Positions 19,004 through 29,800 of a DNA stretch of 64,000 nt are shown here, one piece after another. A program made the position numbers and the translations under genes. This DNA is from Promethearchaeota archaeon (GTDB lineage: Archaea; Asgardarchaeota; Lokiarchaeia; Sigyniarchaeales; SOKP01): assembly GCA_048941285.1 (NCBI GenBank), contig JBHLNS010000003.1:64001-128000 (forward strand), read 5' to 3'. Within the stretch, counting starts at the first letter, position 1. Every line of letters begins with the position of its first letter. The notes beneath the pieces are model-generated. The model was not told where the DNA came from, did no database searches, and saw nothing but the letters and a program-made list of their open reading frames with translations.

Positions 19004-21493
19004 TTGGGTGTATTTCCTGAAAACCCATGTGAGTTTGCAGTAGAGTTTATAAGAAGGATGAGAAATCATCCTGATATAATCCAAATGCCATCTCCACGAC
19101 AAGTATTATCCATCCCGAATTTAATTATATCAAGGTATTATCGTAAAGGATCAATTACACCTAACGATTTTATAGAAATTAGTACTGTTACCTCTTTTCC
19201 AGACAATCAAAATTTAGCAAAAGACATTGCCTTTGAGATTCTCTTCCCAAATTACAAGAAAAACATAATGAAATCATTCTTCAATGAGGACGGAATTGAT
19301 AATTTTGAAAAAGAATTACCAAATTCCGAAATCAAATCAGAATTAGACCAATTACAAGATCTAATAGATGAGATTGAATTATCCAAATCATTTGATACAG
19401 ATATGATTCAGCAATCAGAAAAATTCATTGAAGAATTAAATCAAAAGAGGCATGAAGAACCTTATAAATCAGCACTTAATTTCTTTAATGATGATTCTGA
19501 GCTATATAAAGAAGAAATAACTTCATTTGAGAAATTACTTGAAGAAGCAAAAAAACGGATGCTTCAAAAAATTAATTCTTTAGATCCTAAAGATCTTAAA
19601 GCAGGTACAAAATTAGGGTTAAATGATTTAATCCAAGAGCAATCATTAAGAGAATGGGAAAAACTTACAAGTAAAGCACTTAACAATCAAAATATTAAAG
19701 AAGATCTGAATAAATTATTAAAATCAGGGAGTTTAGATGATTTACTTCAATCTATGAGATTTTTAAAAGAAAGTAATGCCATTTCTAAAGATCAATTAGA
19801 GAATCTGAAAGATAAACTACAAAATAAAATTGATAATTTAGACCAATTATTTCAATCAGCAAAACATTTAAAAGAATCTCCAAAATTTAATTCAGATAAA
19901 ATTTTAAACAATAGCATTAAGCAATCTTCTTTTGAACATAATTTTAATTTGGCAAATTCACTTGATCAATTTTTTGGAACGAATCTAAGAACCTCATTAT
20001 TAGATAAATATGATCAACAGTTTAAAAATTCCCAAATGAACCTTTCACTTGAAACATTAACGAAAACATCATTTGCAAGCAAATCATGGAATTCATTGTT
20101 TAATCAAGCACTTAAAAATGCCATTAATGAAGCAATGAGCCAGACTAAAAAATTTGAAGCTTTTAAAACCCTAACTCATCAATTACAACAACTAGCTAAT
20201 AGCTCTCCAAATATGCATTGTAGCCAAAAAATGGCACAAAACATTCCAAATCTTACTTCGTTAACTTTAGATTCATGTGAAAATCCCTATCAACTACGAA
20301 ATGCTACAGAATTTTTAAGAAAAATTGGATTAAATATTGAGTCAGAACTAATTGAGAAGATTGGAAAGAAACTTCAAATGCCTGAGGATGAAATTTTTGA
20401 ATTAATTGAACCAACATACCAATTATTAAAAAAATTAATTGAAAAAAATAAAGCAGATTTTCAAAGAATTAGTAATTTAATGAATCAGATTCAAGATCAA
20501 TTGAATTTCGAGAGGATAAAAGAATTAACAGCTAGTGCATTAGCTTCAAATAATAGAGATGCATTAGGAGCTCTAGGAAATTTTAATTTAAGTGATGCTT
20601 TAAAAAGCGCTCAACAAATTGGAGGTCAAGAAGGAGAAAATAAAATGATTTCGTGTTTATCAGCAGGTAGTGGTGAAAATCTTCTTAAGCAATGGTTTAT
20701 CCATCGAAACAGTTTACAAGAAAATACTAAACAGAAAGTAAAAGAACTTGCTAAAAAAATGTTAATTGAATTAGGTATTTATTATTCAAGAGCCCATTTA
20801 GGAAGTTCTACAACTGGACCAATACCAATTAATATAGTAAGACCATATTCAATTGGAGACGATTTTGAAAATATTGACCTAGAAGAGACAATCAACAATA
20901 TCTTAGAAAAAGGTAAAAAATTAGATTATATTAAATATGACGACTTTTTTGTCTTTGAAACGGCTAAAGGACTAAGAACTGCTTGTTTTGAGCTTGATAT
21001 TTCAGGTAGTATGAGTGGTGATAAACTTGCTTATATGAGCATATGTATAACAATGTTATGTTATGGGATGCGTAAAGATGAACTTGGTATCACTTTTTTT
21101 GAATCCAATACTCATGTTTTAAAAAGATTAGATGAAAAAATCGATTTAGAAAAATTGGCAGATGAACTACTCTCTGTTACTGCTCGAGGGGGAACACGAG
21201 TACAAAGTGCCGTTGAGTGGGCGAATAAACAATTTAAAGAATATTCAACTTCACGTGAAAAACTAAATGTATTGTTTACTGATGCTGAAATTTTTGATCT
21301 AAAAGAAACTATCCCAGAATTTAGAAAAATGCGTTCTTTAGGAGTTGATTTCATACTTGTATGCCCTGAAACTTCTTTCAACTTGAAAGAAGCTAAAAAG
21401 ATGGTTAAAGTAGTAGGAGGACAAATGCTTACAATAAAAGATTGGAATGAGTTTCCCAAATTAATTTCAGAAATAATAAAATCAAGATTCTAA
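19004..21493 (+). CDS. vWA-domain protein (CoxE-like C-terminus, long helical middle)
   Basis: IDLEET, MIDAS DISGSM, GGT, FTDAE; 4 nt downstream of MoxR. Confidence 0.85.
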   Translation: MGVFPENPCEFAVEFIRRMRNHPDIIQMPSPRQVLSIPNLIISRYYRKGSITPNDFIEISTVTSFPDNQNLAKDIAFEILFPNYKKNIMKSFFNEDGIDNFEKELPNSEIKSELDQLQDLIDEIELSKSFDTDMIQQSEKFIEELNQKRHEEPYKSALNFFNDDSELYKEEITSFEKLLEEAKKRMLQKINSLDPKDLKAGTKLGLNDLIQEQSLREWEKLTSKALNNQNIKEDLNKLLKSGSLDDLLQSMRFLKESNAISKDQLENLKDKLQNKIDNLDQLFQSAKHLKESPKFNSDKILNNSIKQSSFEHNFNLANSLDQFFGTNLRTSLLDKYDQQFKNSQMNLSLETLTKTSFASKSWNSLFNQALKNAINEAMSQTKKFEAFKTLTHQLQQLANSSPNMHCSQKMAQNIPNLTSLTLDSCENPYQLRNATEFLRKIGLNIESELIEKIGKKLQMPEDEIFELIEPTYQLLKKLIEKNKADFQRISNLMNQIQDQLNFERIKELTASALASNNRDALGALGNFNLSDALKSAQQIGGQEGENKMISCLSAGSGENLLKQWFIHRNSLQENTKQKVKELAKKMLIELGIYYSRAHLGSSTTGPIPINIVRPYSIGDDFENIDLEETINNILEKGKKLDYIKYDDFFVFETAKGLRTACFELDISGSMSGDKLAYMSICITMLCYGMRKDELGITFFESNTHVLKRLDEKIDLEKLADELLSVTARGGTRVQSAVEWANKQFKEYSTSREKLNVLFTDAEIFDLKETIPEFRKMRSLGVDFILVCPETSFNLKEAKKMVKVVGGQMLTIKDWNEFPKLISEIIKSRF

Positions 21494-21497
21494 AAAA

Positions 21498-23846
21498 ATG
21501 GTTGATAACTCGATATCTAGTCTAATAATTGATAAATTTGGTTTAAATCTATACCAAAAATCACTTAAATTCCTTTCTAATAAGATCAATATAATTAGTA
21601 TTGAAGAAGATCCCCTATTAATTAGAAGTCTTATCTTGGATAATGAACGTGAATTTCATCTTATAATAGACGAAAAAAATAATGAAATTTTTCACGATTG
21701 CCCATCATTTTTAATTCATTCTGAAAAAAGTAAAAAAATTTGCGTTCATTTAATAAAAATATTATCAATAATTAAGATTAACATAGCTCAAAAGATTTTA
21801 GACAATTTTAAGAGTTACCTTTTAACTTCTGAAGATTTAGGCTCACAAAAAAAAAGCAAAAATTTTCTTTTATTAGCTAATAGATGTTTCAAAGACGAAA
21901 ATTGCGTAGAGGCGCTAAACTATATGAATAAAGCAATTTATAATCAAGCTGAAACTGAAAATATAATTGAAAGCTATCTCAACACAGCTATAAATAATAA
22001 TTTATTTATTGAATTTTTTGAGTTTTTGAGAAATGGGTATGAGAATGATTTAAAGAAAAATTTTTGGACTTTTAACAATTATATTGAAAAGGGATTTAAG
22101 AAGTTTCTAAACATTATATCAAAATACTCCTTTTTTGATCTTCTTAAAATTATTGAATCTATTAACAAAATACTAGAATTTAAAGATATATCGTTTATAG
22201 CGGCCCATTTTAATAAGCTTAAAGTTTTGATTGACAGTAAAAACTTTAATAATCAATATTTTTCAACTTATATAGTAAAGAGCAATTATTCTGACCTTGT
22301 TAAGCTAAATCCATTATTTAAGGAATTAATATCTGAAACTTTTTTAAAGTCTCTTAAAACCGAATTGTTAAATTATTTCTTTTCTGAAATAGATAACTTT
22401 TGTATCCTTGATAAGTTAAAGATATTGAAAAAACAATTTCGAGTTATAAGCATTCCGAAGGAACAATATTATAGTGAATATAATAAGTACAAAAAAGAAA
22501 TTAAGGAATTGGAAAGAAAAGTTTATCTTAAAAAATTTGCTTTCTTAAAATTTTTAATGGAAAAACATAACCTTATAAGAGCTAGAGGGGAGTTTAGGAA
22601 AAAAAGAAACACATATATAGTACAGCATAATGAAGAAAATTTAAAAAATCCTGTATACCATTATATTGTTTCTCGTATTGGCTTTTTTGGATTAAATGAC
22701 CAAACAATTAAGTCATCTGAAATGGGAATCAATTACTTTATAATGAAAGAATTATTTTCAGATGATTTTAGTAGTTTTCAAGACGTTTATTATTATAGAC
22801 AACAATTTTGGGGAGAAACTAATGATTATGAAATAAAATCACTTGATGGTTTATCATTACTAAGTGAAAAAATTGAATATAATTATGATATAGTTCATAA
22901 TGAATCGGAGGACGTAATGGTAATTGAATGGGATCTAGCAAATAGATCAATTCAAGGAAGCCTAGTTAATGCATATGGGTCTCAAATAATCATTCCTGAT
23001 TACAATAATCCATTATTTTATGATTTAAAACCATTTGATCTTTGTTATTGCAAAAAAACACCGATTAAAATCGAAAGTAATATTATTAAAACGATTAATG
23101 TAATTACAAAATGCTCATTTGAAGACGTTATTAAGAATATTTCAAAAGGTATGGAATTTATTGAAGGTTACTATCCATTATCACTTATAAGAGCAGTTTT
23201 GAATAAAGAGATTAATCCCTTTCAAGCTAATGAAATTGTGGTAAATAATCCAAATAGAGTATTCGTACCTAATTATAGCGTCTTTATTAAGGCATTTAAA
23301 AAATTTTTACTAGACTATATTTTTACCGAAAGAGATGAAATTTTTGAAGACATGAAAAAAGATATTGATCTTAATGCTGATCAGCTTTTGAGCTTACTAA
23401 ATTTAAATAATGAATTAGCTGGATTAGATCTACCATACATTGAAATATTAAACAGATGTATTTATCCAAATATTAAAATAAAAGAATTTAAATCGAGGTT
23501 CTTAAATGAAATCCACTTATTTATTAAAGATTTATTAAATAAATCTAAGCTTGGAAGTACGAAAATATTTGATTTAAAAAAAATGCAACATACACCCTTT
23601 TTCAAATATTCTAATAAAATTCTTGAAATTCGAAAAGATGAGTTTGAAGCCTCTGAAATAGTTAGATTTTATGATAAAAATAGAGTTTTTTATAATATGT
23701 CAGGCATTTATAAGACATTTTATGGAAGAAAATTCTTTGAAATTCTTCAATTTAAGGAAGATTTAAACCTTCAGCCAGATAAATTTAAGAAATTCCGTGA
23801 TTTTAGTTCCAAATTAAATCTGAAGTTAAACATCATTGAAGCATGA
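21498..23846 (+). CDS. large helical protein with N-terminal SWIM-like zinc finger
   Basis: HDCPSF-x8-ICVH (HxC...CxH SWIM variant), then TPR-like helices; 4 nt after the vWA gene. Confidence 0.65.
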   Translation: MVDNSISSLIIDKFGLNLYQKSLKFLSNKINIISIEEDPLLIRSLILDNEREFHLIIDEKNNEIFHDCPSFLIHSEKSKKICVHLIKILSIIKINIAQKILDNFKSYLLTSEDLGSQKKSKNFLLLANRCFKDENCVEALNYMNKAIYNQAETENIIESYLNTAINNNLFIEFFEFLRNGYENDLKKNFWTFNNYIEKGFKKFLNIISKYSFFDLLKIIESINKILEFKDISFIAAHFNKLKVLIDSKNFNNQYFSTYIVKSNYSDLVKLNPLFKELISETFLKSLKTELLNYFFSEIDNFCILDKLKILKKQFRVISIPKEQYYSEYNKYKKEIKELERKVYLKKFAFLKFLMEKHNLIRARGEFRKKRNTYIVQHNEENLKNPVYHYIVSRIGFFGLNDQTIKSSEMGINYFIMKELFSDDFSSFQDVYYYRQQFWGETNDYEIKSLDGLSLLSEKIEYNYDIVHNESEDVMVIEWDLANRSIQGSLVNAYGSQIIIPDYNNPLFYDLKPFDLCYCKKTPIKIESNIIKTINVITKCSFEDVIKNISKGMEFIEGYYPLSLIRAVLNKEINPFQANEIVVNNPNRVFVPNYSVFIKAFKKFLLDYIFTERDEIFEDMKKDIDLNADQLLSLLNLNNELAGLDLPYIEILNRCIYPNIKIKEFKSRFLNEIHLFIKDLLNKSKLGSTKIFDLKKMQHTPFFKYSNKILEIRKDEFEASEIVRFYDKNRVFYNMSGIYKTFYGRKFFEILQFKEDLNLQPDKFKKFRDFSSKLNLKLNIIEA

Positions 23847-23860
23847 TATTAAATAATGAT

Positions 23861-25051
23861 TTAATTTTCAAATTGTAATTTTCCATAAACAGCATCATGA
23901 CCCGGTATAAACCAGAATTTCCCTTTTCTTATTTTTCGAATCGCTTCAATTAAATTTTCAGGGATATTATCAAAATTACTTTTACCTTCCCAGATTGCAT
24001 ATTCGTTATCATTGTTTTCAATTAATTTATAATATATGGATAAATTTCTTTTATCATATTCAGATCTCCCTAATACAATTGAAATCACATGTAATAATGG
24101 GACAATATATTGAAAGTTTATTTTGAAAGGATTTATTTGGTCTCTTAAATCTTGAACTCGCGCTAATACTCCTTTAGTTAGTTGCTTTTTGCAATAAGGA
24201 CAAATATTAATATTAAGTTTTGGACTACAATAATAATCTTTATTATCAAAATGTCGTTCTGGTCTATGACCATTATAGTAATATTTACCGTGTGATGGTT
24301 TAAACTCATAACTCTTAACAATTTTGTTTCTTTTAATTGAATCTATCAAATTATGGTAATTTAATTTATTAAGATTAATTTTCGTAGCTTCTCTTCCCAA
24401 TCTATGAAAATTTGTTGAATGACTATCAGAATTAGATATAATTGACACTTTATTTAATTCTGAAATACTCCTAACCATTAATGGATCTGCACTCAATCCA
24501 GTTTCAATACAATTGATAGAACTCGTTGCATAACCTAACGCATCTTTCATAGTATTAAAATGAGATTGATTACCAAATATGCCGAAATAGGGAGTAAAAA
24601 TATGTGCGGGAATTATCTCAATATACTCATCAATAGATTTCAATCCAAAAATGAGATTTTCTGCAGATTTATAGATCTTTGGTCTACCATCTTGTGCTAA
24701 ATTGCCAAATTTGGAAAGATAGTTAAAGCTTTCTTCTAATTTTTCAAAATTTGGAAAAAGAATAACGAAATGTATCTTTTTAACTGGTGTAATATTTTTC
24801 CAAGTTGCCTCAATTTCTGTTTGTAATATGAAATTAACATTTGGTATTTTTGGCGTATAGAATATTCCATCTGAATGTTCAATCAAATTGTTCTTTAATT
24901 CATTCAACCATAACGGGTGGAGACAATCGCCTGTTCCTACTAATTGAATTCCTTTCACGCTGCAATTAGCAGCAATTTTATAAATATCAATACTTTTGCT
25001 AGCTCCTCCTGAAAATTTACTATGGATATGTAAATCACATATTTTATTCAT
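23861..25051 (-). CDS. endonuclease Q family / PHP-domain protein
   Basis: DLHIHSKFS, VGTGD, PAHIFTP, ETGLSAD, NSDSHS, LGREAT, GKYY, CPYC..KGV, PGHDAVYG. Confidence 0.85.
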   Translation of the reverse strand: MNKICDLHIHSKFSGGASKSIDIYKIAANCSVKGIQLVGTGDCLHPLWLNELKNNLIEHSDGIFYTPKIPNVNFILQTEIEATWKNITPVKKIHFVILFPNFEKLEESFNYLSKFGNLAQDGRPKIYKSAENLIFGLKSIDEYIEIIPAHIFTPYFGIFGNQSHFNTMKDALGYATSSINCIETGLSADPLMVRSISELNKVSIISNSDSHSTNFHRLGREATKINLNKLNYHNLIDSIKRNKIVKSYEFKPSHGKYYYNGHRPERHFDNKDYYCSPKLNINICPYCKKQLTKGVLARVQDLRDQINPFKINFQYIVPLLHVISIVLGRSEYDKRNLSIYYKLIENNDNEYAIWEGKSNFDNIPENLIEAIRKIRKGKFWFIPGHDAVYGKLQFEN

Positions 25052-25310
25052 ATTATTAATTCATTTTCGTTGAAATTTGTAATAATGTTTCATTTAACTT
25101 ATTTAAAATCATAAATAAATTAAATTAGATTATAGTAAATTTAGTCAACTAGGCAAAAAAATTCAAAGCTTCCACTTAATCACAAAACTAATACTATATT
25201 TTTAAAAGAATAGTAAAAATTGTATCAGTAGTTTTTTTATTAATGCATAAATTTTATTTACATAGAATCTGAAAGTTTAATTGAAAATTACTAAATAAAA
25301 TTATTACAAC

Positions 25311-26597
25311 ATGACAAAAAATAATTTTCAACACCCTTCAAAGGATATAACAGAAAGTAAAGGTACTATTCTTAGAGGTAAAACCATTTGTATGTGTTTA
25401 ACTGGATCAGTAGCAGTAATATCCTCTCCTATTGTAGCGCGAGAGCTTATGAGATTAGGAGCTGAAGTAATTTGTGTTATGTCTAAAGCTGCTACAGAAT
25501 TGATCAATCCTGCTTTAATGGAATGGGCAACAGGAAATAAAGTTATTACAAGATTAACGGGAGCGGTTGAACATGTTTATCTAGCAGGTGAAAGGCCTAA
25601 AACTGTTGGAAAAGCTGATTTAATCTTAATATGTCCCGCTACAGCAAATACAATTTCAAAAATAGCTTGTGGGATTGATGATACCCCGGTAACAACAATA
25701 GCTTCAACAGCATTTGGATCATCTTTACCTATTGTTATTGTACCTGCAATGCATGAGAGTATGTATAAACATCCTGTCTTAGAAAAAAATGAGCAACAAT
25801 TACGTGAATGTGGTGTAGATATATTAGGCCCTAGAATTTCTGAAGGTAAAGCTAAAATAGCAAAAATTGATGATATAATCGATAGGGTAATCGATTTATT
25901 AGTTACTAAGAAGGATTTGGATGGAAAGAAAATTCTCATTACTGCGGGGCCAACAAGAGAAGCAATAGATTCAGTTCGATTTGTTTCGAATAAGTCATCT
26001 GGAAAAATGGGTATTGAATTAGCTAAAGAAGCGTCTGCTAGAGGAGCTGATGTATTGTTAATTGCTGGTGAATGTACTGCAAAACTTCCAAATTATATAA
26101 AAACTAAACACGTCATTTCAACAGACGATTTTATCAATTCCGTGAAAGATGAAATCTCATTAAACAGTTATGATTTTTTCATTTCAGCGGCTGCGGTAAG
26201 CGATTACAAACCTACTGAATATATTGAAGGAAAAATTTCTACAGATAATGTAGAAGAGCTAAAAATTAATATGAGATTAACTCCTAAAATAATAAACGTT
26301 GCTAGAAAAAAGGACTATAACTTATTTATTGTAGCATTTAAAGCAGAAACTAATGTTTCTAAAAGTGAACTTATAGAACGTGCGTATAATAGACTCATTA
26401 AATCTGAAGTTGATTTGATTGTAGCAAATGATATTGGAAGAGAAGATATAGGATTTAATAGTAAATATAATGAAGTTTTCATTATAGATAAGAAAAAACA
26501 TATAACTCATGTTGAGAGAAATACTAAACGATATATTGCATCAAAAATAATAGATGTTGCTATTGAGGCATATCAAAAAAGAAATTCTTCAAATTAA
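25311..26597 (+). CDS. coaBC: bifunctional phosphopantothenoylcysteine decarboxylase / phosphopantothenate-cysteine ligase
   Basis: TGSVA, EH, PATANT, PAMHESM, ITAGPTRE, NKSSGKMG, AAAVSDY, FKAET, VANDI. Confidence 0.95.
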   Translation: MTKNNFQHPSKDITESKGTILRGKTICMCLTGSVAVISSPIVARELMRLGAEVICVMSKAATELINPALMEWATGNKVITRLTGAVEHVYLAGERPKTVGKADLILICPATANTISKIACGIDDTPVTTIASTAFGSSLPIVIVPAMHESMYKHPVLEKNEQQLRECGVDILGPRISEGKAKIAKIDDIIDRVIDLLVTKKDLDGKKILITAGPTREAIDSVRFVSNKSSGKMGIELAKEASARGADVLLIAGECTAKLPNYIKTKHVISTDDFINSVKDEISLNSYDFFISAAAVSDYKPTEYIEGKISTDNVEELKINMRLTPKIINVARKKDYNLFIVAFKAETNVSKSELIERAYNRLIKSEVDLIVANDIGREDIGFNSKYNEVFIIDKKKHITHVERNTKRYIASKIIDVAIEAYQKRNSSN

Positions 26598-26870
26598 GGT
26601 TTGTAAGAATTTTAAATAATATTTCCTAATATAAACCCGATGATTTTTATAATTTAATATTCGATGAAAATATTTAAATACTAATTTATTTACTGTAAAC
26701 AGTGAATATTATTATAAAATTCGAATAGATAATTAAAAACTATGAAATTTAGATATATATCATATATCTTATAGTTTTTTTAATTAATTTGCAAATAGAT
26801 GTATATATTTTTATAGATTGCTGTAATAAAGGTTTATTAAAGAATTTATCATACGAGTGCGTCTAAAATT

Positions 26871-29800
26871 ATGTCAAAAGAAGAAGGTAAAATTAAACAA
26901 GGCACAATAGCAGAGTACATGCGTAAGCGAACTCAACTAGTTGGTTTTGAATTTGGTTATTGGAAACATGTTCAATATTGTGCTGAATTTATTGATAATG
27001 CCTTAGACGCCATTGAAAGTTTTCAATGGAAAGAATTAAAAAAAACAGATTCTAAAATAAAATTCTCTTTGGATCAAGAATTATTCCTAGAAAAATTTTC
27101 TATTGTTGACACCGCTAAAGAAGAAAAAAAATCTCAACATTTAAATAATGGAGCAAAGCAAACATTAATGCAGGAGTTAGGTATTGAAATTATTGAACCA
27201 AATTCAAAAGATATTCAAGAATTAGAAGAAAAAGAGGAAGAATCTGAAGATGTAATTACCACGGAAGAATTAGAAGTAGAAGAGGAAGTTCAAAGAATAA
27301 TCGATGACATGCAAGAAATAATTAAACCCGTTGAAAATGTAATTGATGTAGAACCAATAGTAGTGGTTCGTATAAGAGAATATGAAGCACCCTCTTTTTT
27401 AACATCTGAAATCAGTCAAAAAAATATTATGAGTTATACATTTGAAATTTTTGATAACGGGACAGGAATGTCAAAAATTGATCTTAGAAAATTTGGGAGA
27501 TATCTTGCTTCTTCAAAATCTATGGAATTAAAACAAACTCGAGGTAGTCAAGGTTTTGGTGCCCCAAGCGCTTTTAGTGATGCTCAAAATACAACTGGCA
27601 AACCTGTTATCACAGTATCGAAGTCTGTCGACAATATTTATGCAACTGTAACAGAATTTTTTACGACTTCCAAAAATGAGAAAAAATATTTAATTCACCC
27701 AACTGATATTGACAGCTTTTTTCTTCATGGTACGTATATTAAACTAAATTATCTAAATGTAAAATATGTCAAAGGATTTGTTGAAAAATATATTGAAGAG
27801 ACTGCATTTATGAATCCTCATGTCACAATAATTTACATTGATCCTGAAGGGAAGGAAAAAATTTACCGAAGATTAGCTACATCTTTCCCAGATGAACCCA
27901 AATATGCTAAACCTCATCCTTCCTCGACAAATATAGGGGATCTACAAGATTTAATTACAAAATCAGAAAATAAATCAATTTCTGCATTTCTACAAGATAA
28001 TTTTGTAAGGATGAGTTCAAAAACAGCAAAAGAAATAGTAGACATTGCTGAAAGGGATTTACAGGATCAATTAAAACTCCTAATTTTAGAGGATGGATTT
28101 GTAAATATAGCAGAAAAGAAGACAGATGACATTAACTTCATGAGATATGAAAAACGGGTTTATGGACGTTCTGATAACCCCAGAGACAAATTAATTATTT
28201 ATCAAGTCGAATCAGAAGATTTAAAGGAGAAATATTGGAAATTAGTCAATAATTATAACAAATTCATTAAAGATTATGAAAAAATAAATAAAGAAATAAA
28301 GAAACTAAATAATCGCATTGAAAAAACTGAGACTCAAAAAGAAATAAAAAATATTGAGAAAGATATTAAAAAACTCTTAAACGAGATAGATACTATTAGA
28401 ACTCAAAAAGATAAAATCAAATTAGATTTGAATATATTGTTTAAAAATGCAAAAGAAGGATTAATTGAATTAAAAAAGTTAAAAAACAGAACAGATTTTG
28501 AAGATGTTCTCAATAAAGTTCTTATTTCAAAAGTAAAGCCAATTGAATTAACGAAAGAACAATTTAATTCTCTATTTCTAGCTTTTAAGTCTGTTAAGTA
28601 TATGGCACCTCCAACAGATACAGCAATTCCCGTAGGAGAATCAACTCTAGAAAATACTTTAATTAAAGAAATCGGATTAAGAATTTCAGAAAATATTGAT
28701 GATTTTGCAGGTCACGTTGAAAATGTTAACCAAACCTATGAATTATTACGCGAAGATAAAAAAAAAACCCCATTTGTAGAAAGTAATGAAATTGATGATG
28801 ATGCAATCAATAATATTTCAATACAGTCAGAAGAAGTTATCAATTTAAACTCAGAAATATTAGGAACTATTGACATTGTTGATGAAGTTATTGATCAAGA
28901 GCAAAAAAAGCAATACATCGATGACCTTATCCTTTATTCTGATACTGTTTCCATAGATACATACCAAACTGTATTTGAATATTTCATCGAGAATTATACA
29001 AAGGATGATGATTTTGTAGCTGCAGAAACTAGAGCTCCCACAAGTGGGAAAGGATTAGCTTATGTTGTTGAAGCTGTTATGGCATATTCAAGAAATCTAG
29101 AAGTACCCAAACGATCTAGGGATGTTTTATCTAGATTCGTAAATAGAACCCCAAAATTAAGAGATAGTGCAGACTGCGCAATCACCAAAGCAGTTCAATC
29201 AGTTAATTGGAAAAACTACAATCTCGATACATATGATAATAATTTACCAAAAGGACCAATTAAATTATTAGTTAATGTTTCCGGACCTTTTGTACATCTA
29301 ATGTTTAAATCCCAATCAAAAAACGCATTAGCTGATGATGAAGATTTAATTAAAGAAATTAAATATTGCTTGGAAGCAATAGGTAGAAGATTGAGAATAT
29401 ACATTAATAGAAAAGCAAGTCTTCATAAAAGTGAGAAAAGGGCTAGTTTAATAGAAAAATATATACCACTCTTTGTTAACAGCTTATATAATATTGCCTC
29501 TCAAGGCGAAAGTATACATAAATCAAAGCTGGATAAGAAAGAATTGGAGGACTTAATGAAGAATGCAATAGGTAAAAAACCAACTCCTATTTTGAAAGCT
29601 ACAGAACCAGTAGAAATTAAAGAAAAGGTAATTAAAGAAGAAAAAGTGATAGAAAAACCATCTGAATTACCCCCTGTTGATAAGGAGGTAGAATCTAAAA
29701 AAGAGCTATTTTCTGAGAAAACTCTTAAAAATTGGACAAAAAATGAGTTAATTGAATATTGTAATGAACATAATATTAACGTGTTATCAAAAGATACAAA

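Noticed and set aside
23844-23860. TGA stop of the SWIM protein as selenocysteine
   Set aside because: An in-frame TAA follows two codons later, there is no redox motif context, and the convergent gene ends immediately after
14384-25051. Possible tRNA-anchored genomic island (GRE, methylase, MoxR-vWA-SWIM)
   Set aside because: No integrase, no duplicated tRNA 3' end and no visible compositional shift; the genes lie 5' of the tRNA
25780-25880. CoaBC lacking the Cys-containing substrate clamp of bacterial CoaC
   Set aside because: The short GPRISEGKAK form is the known archaeal type, not a defect
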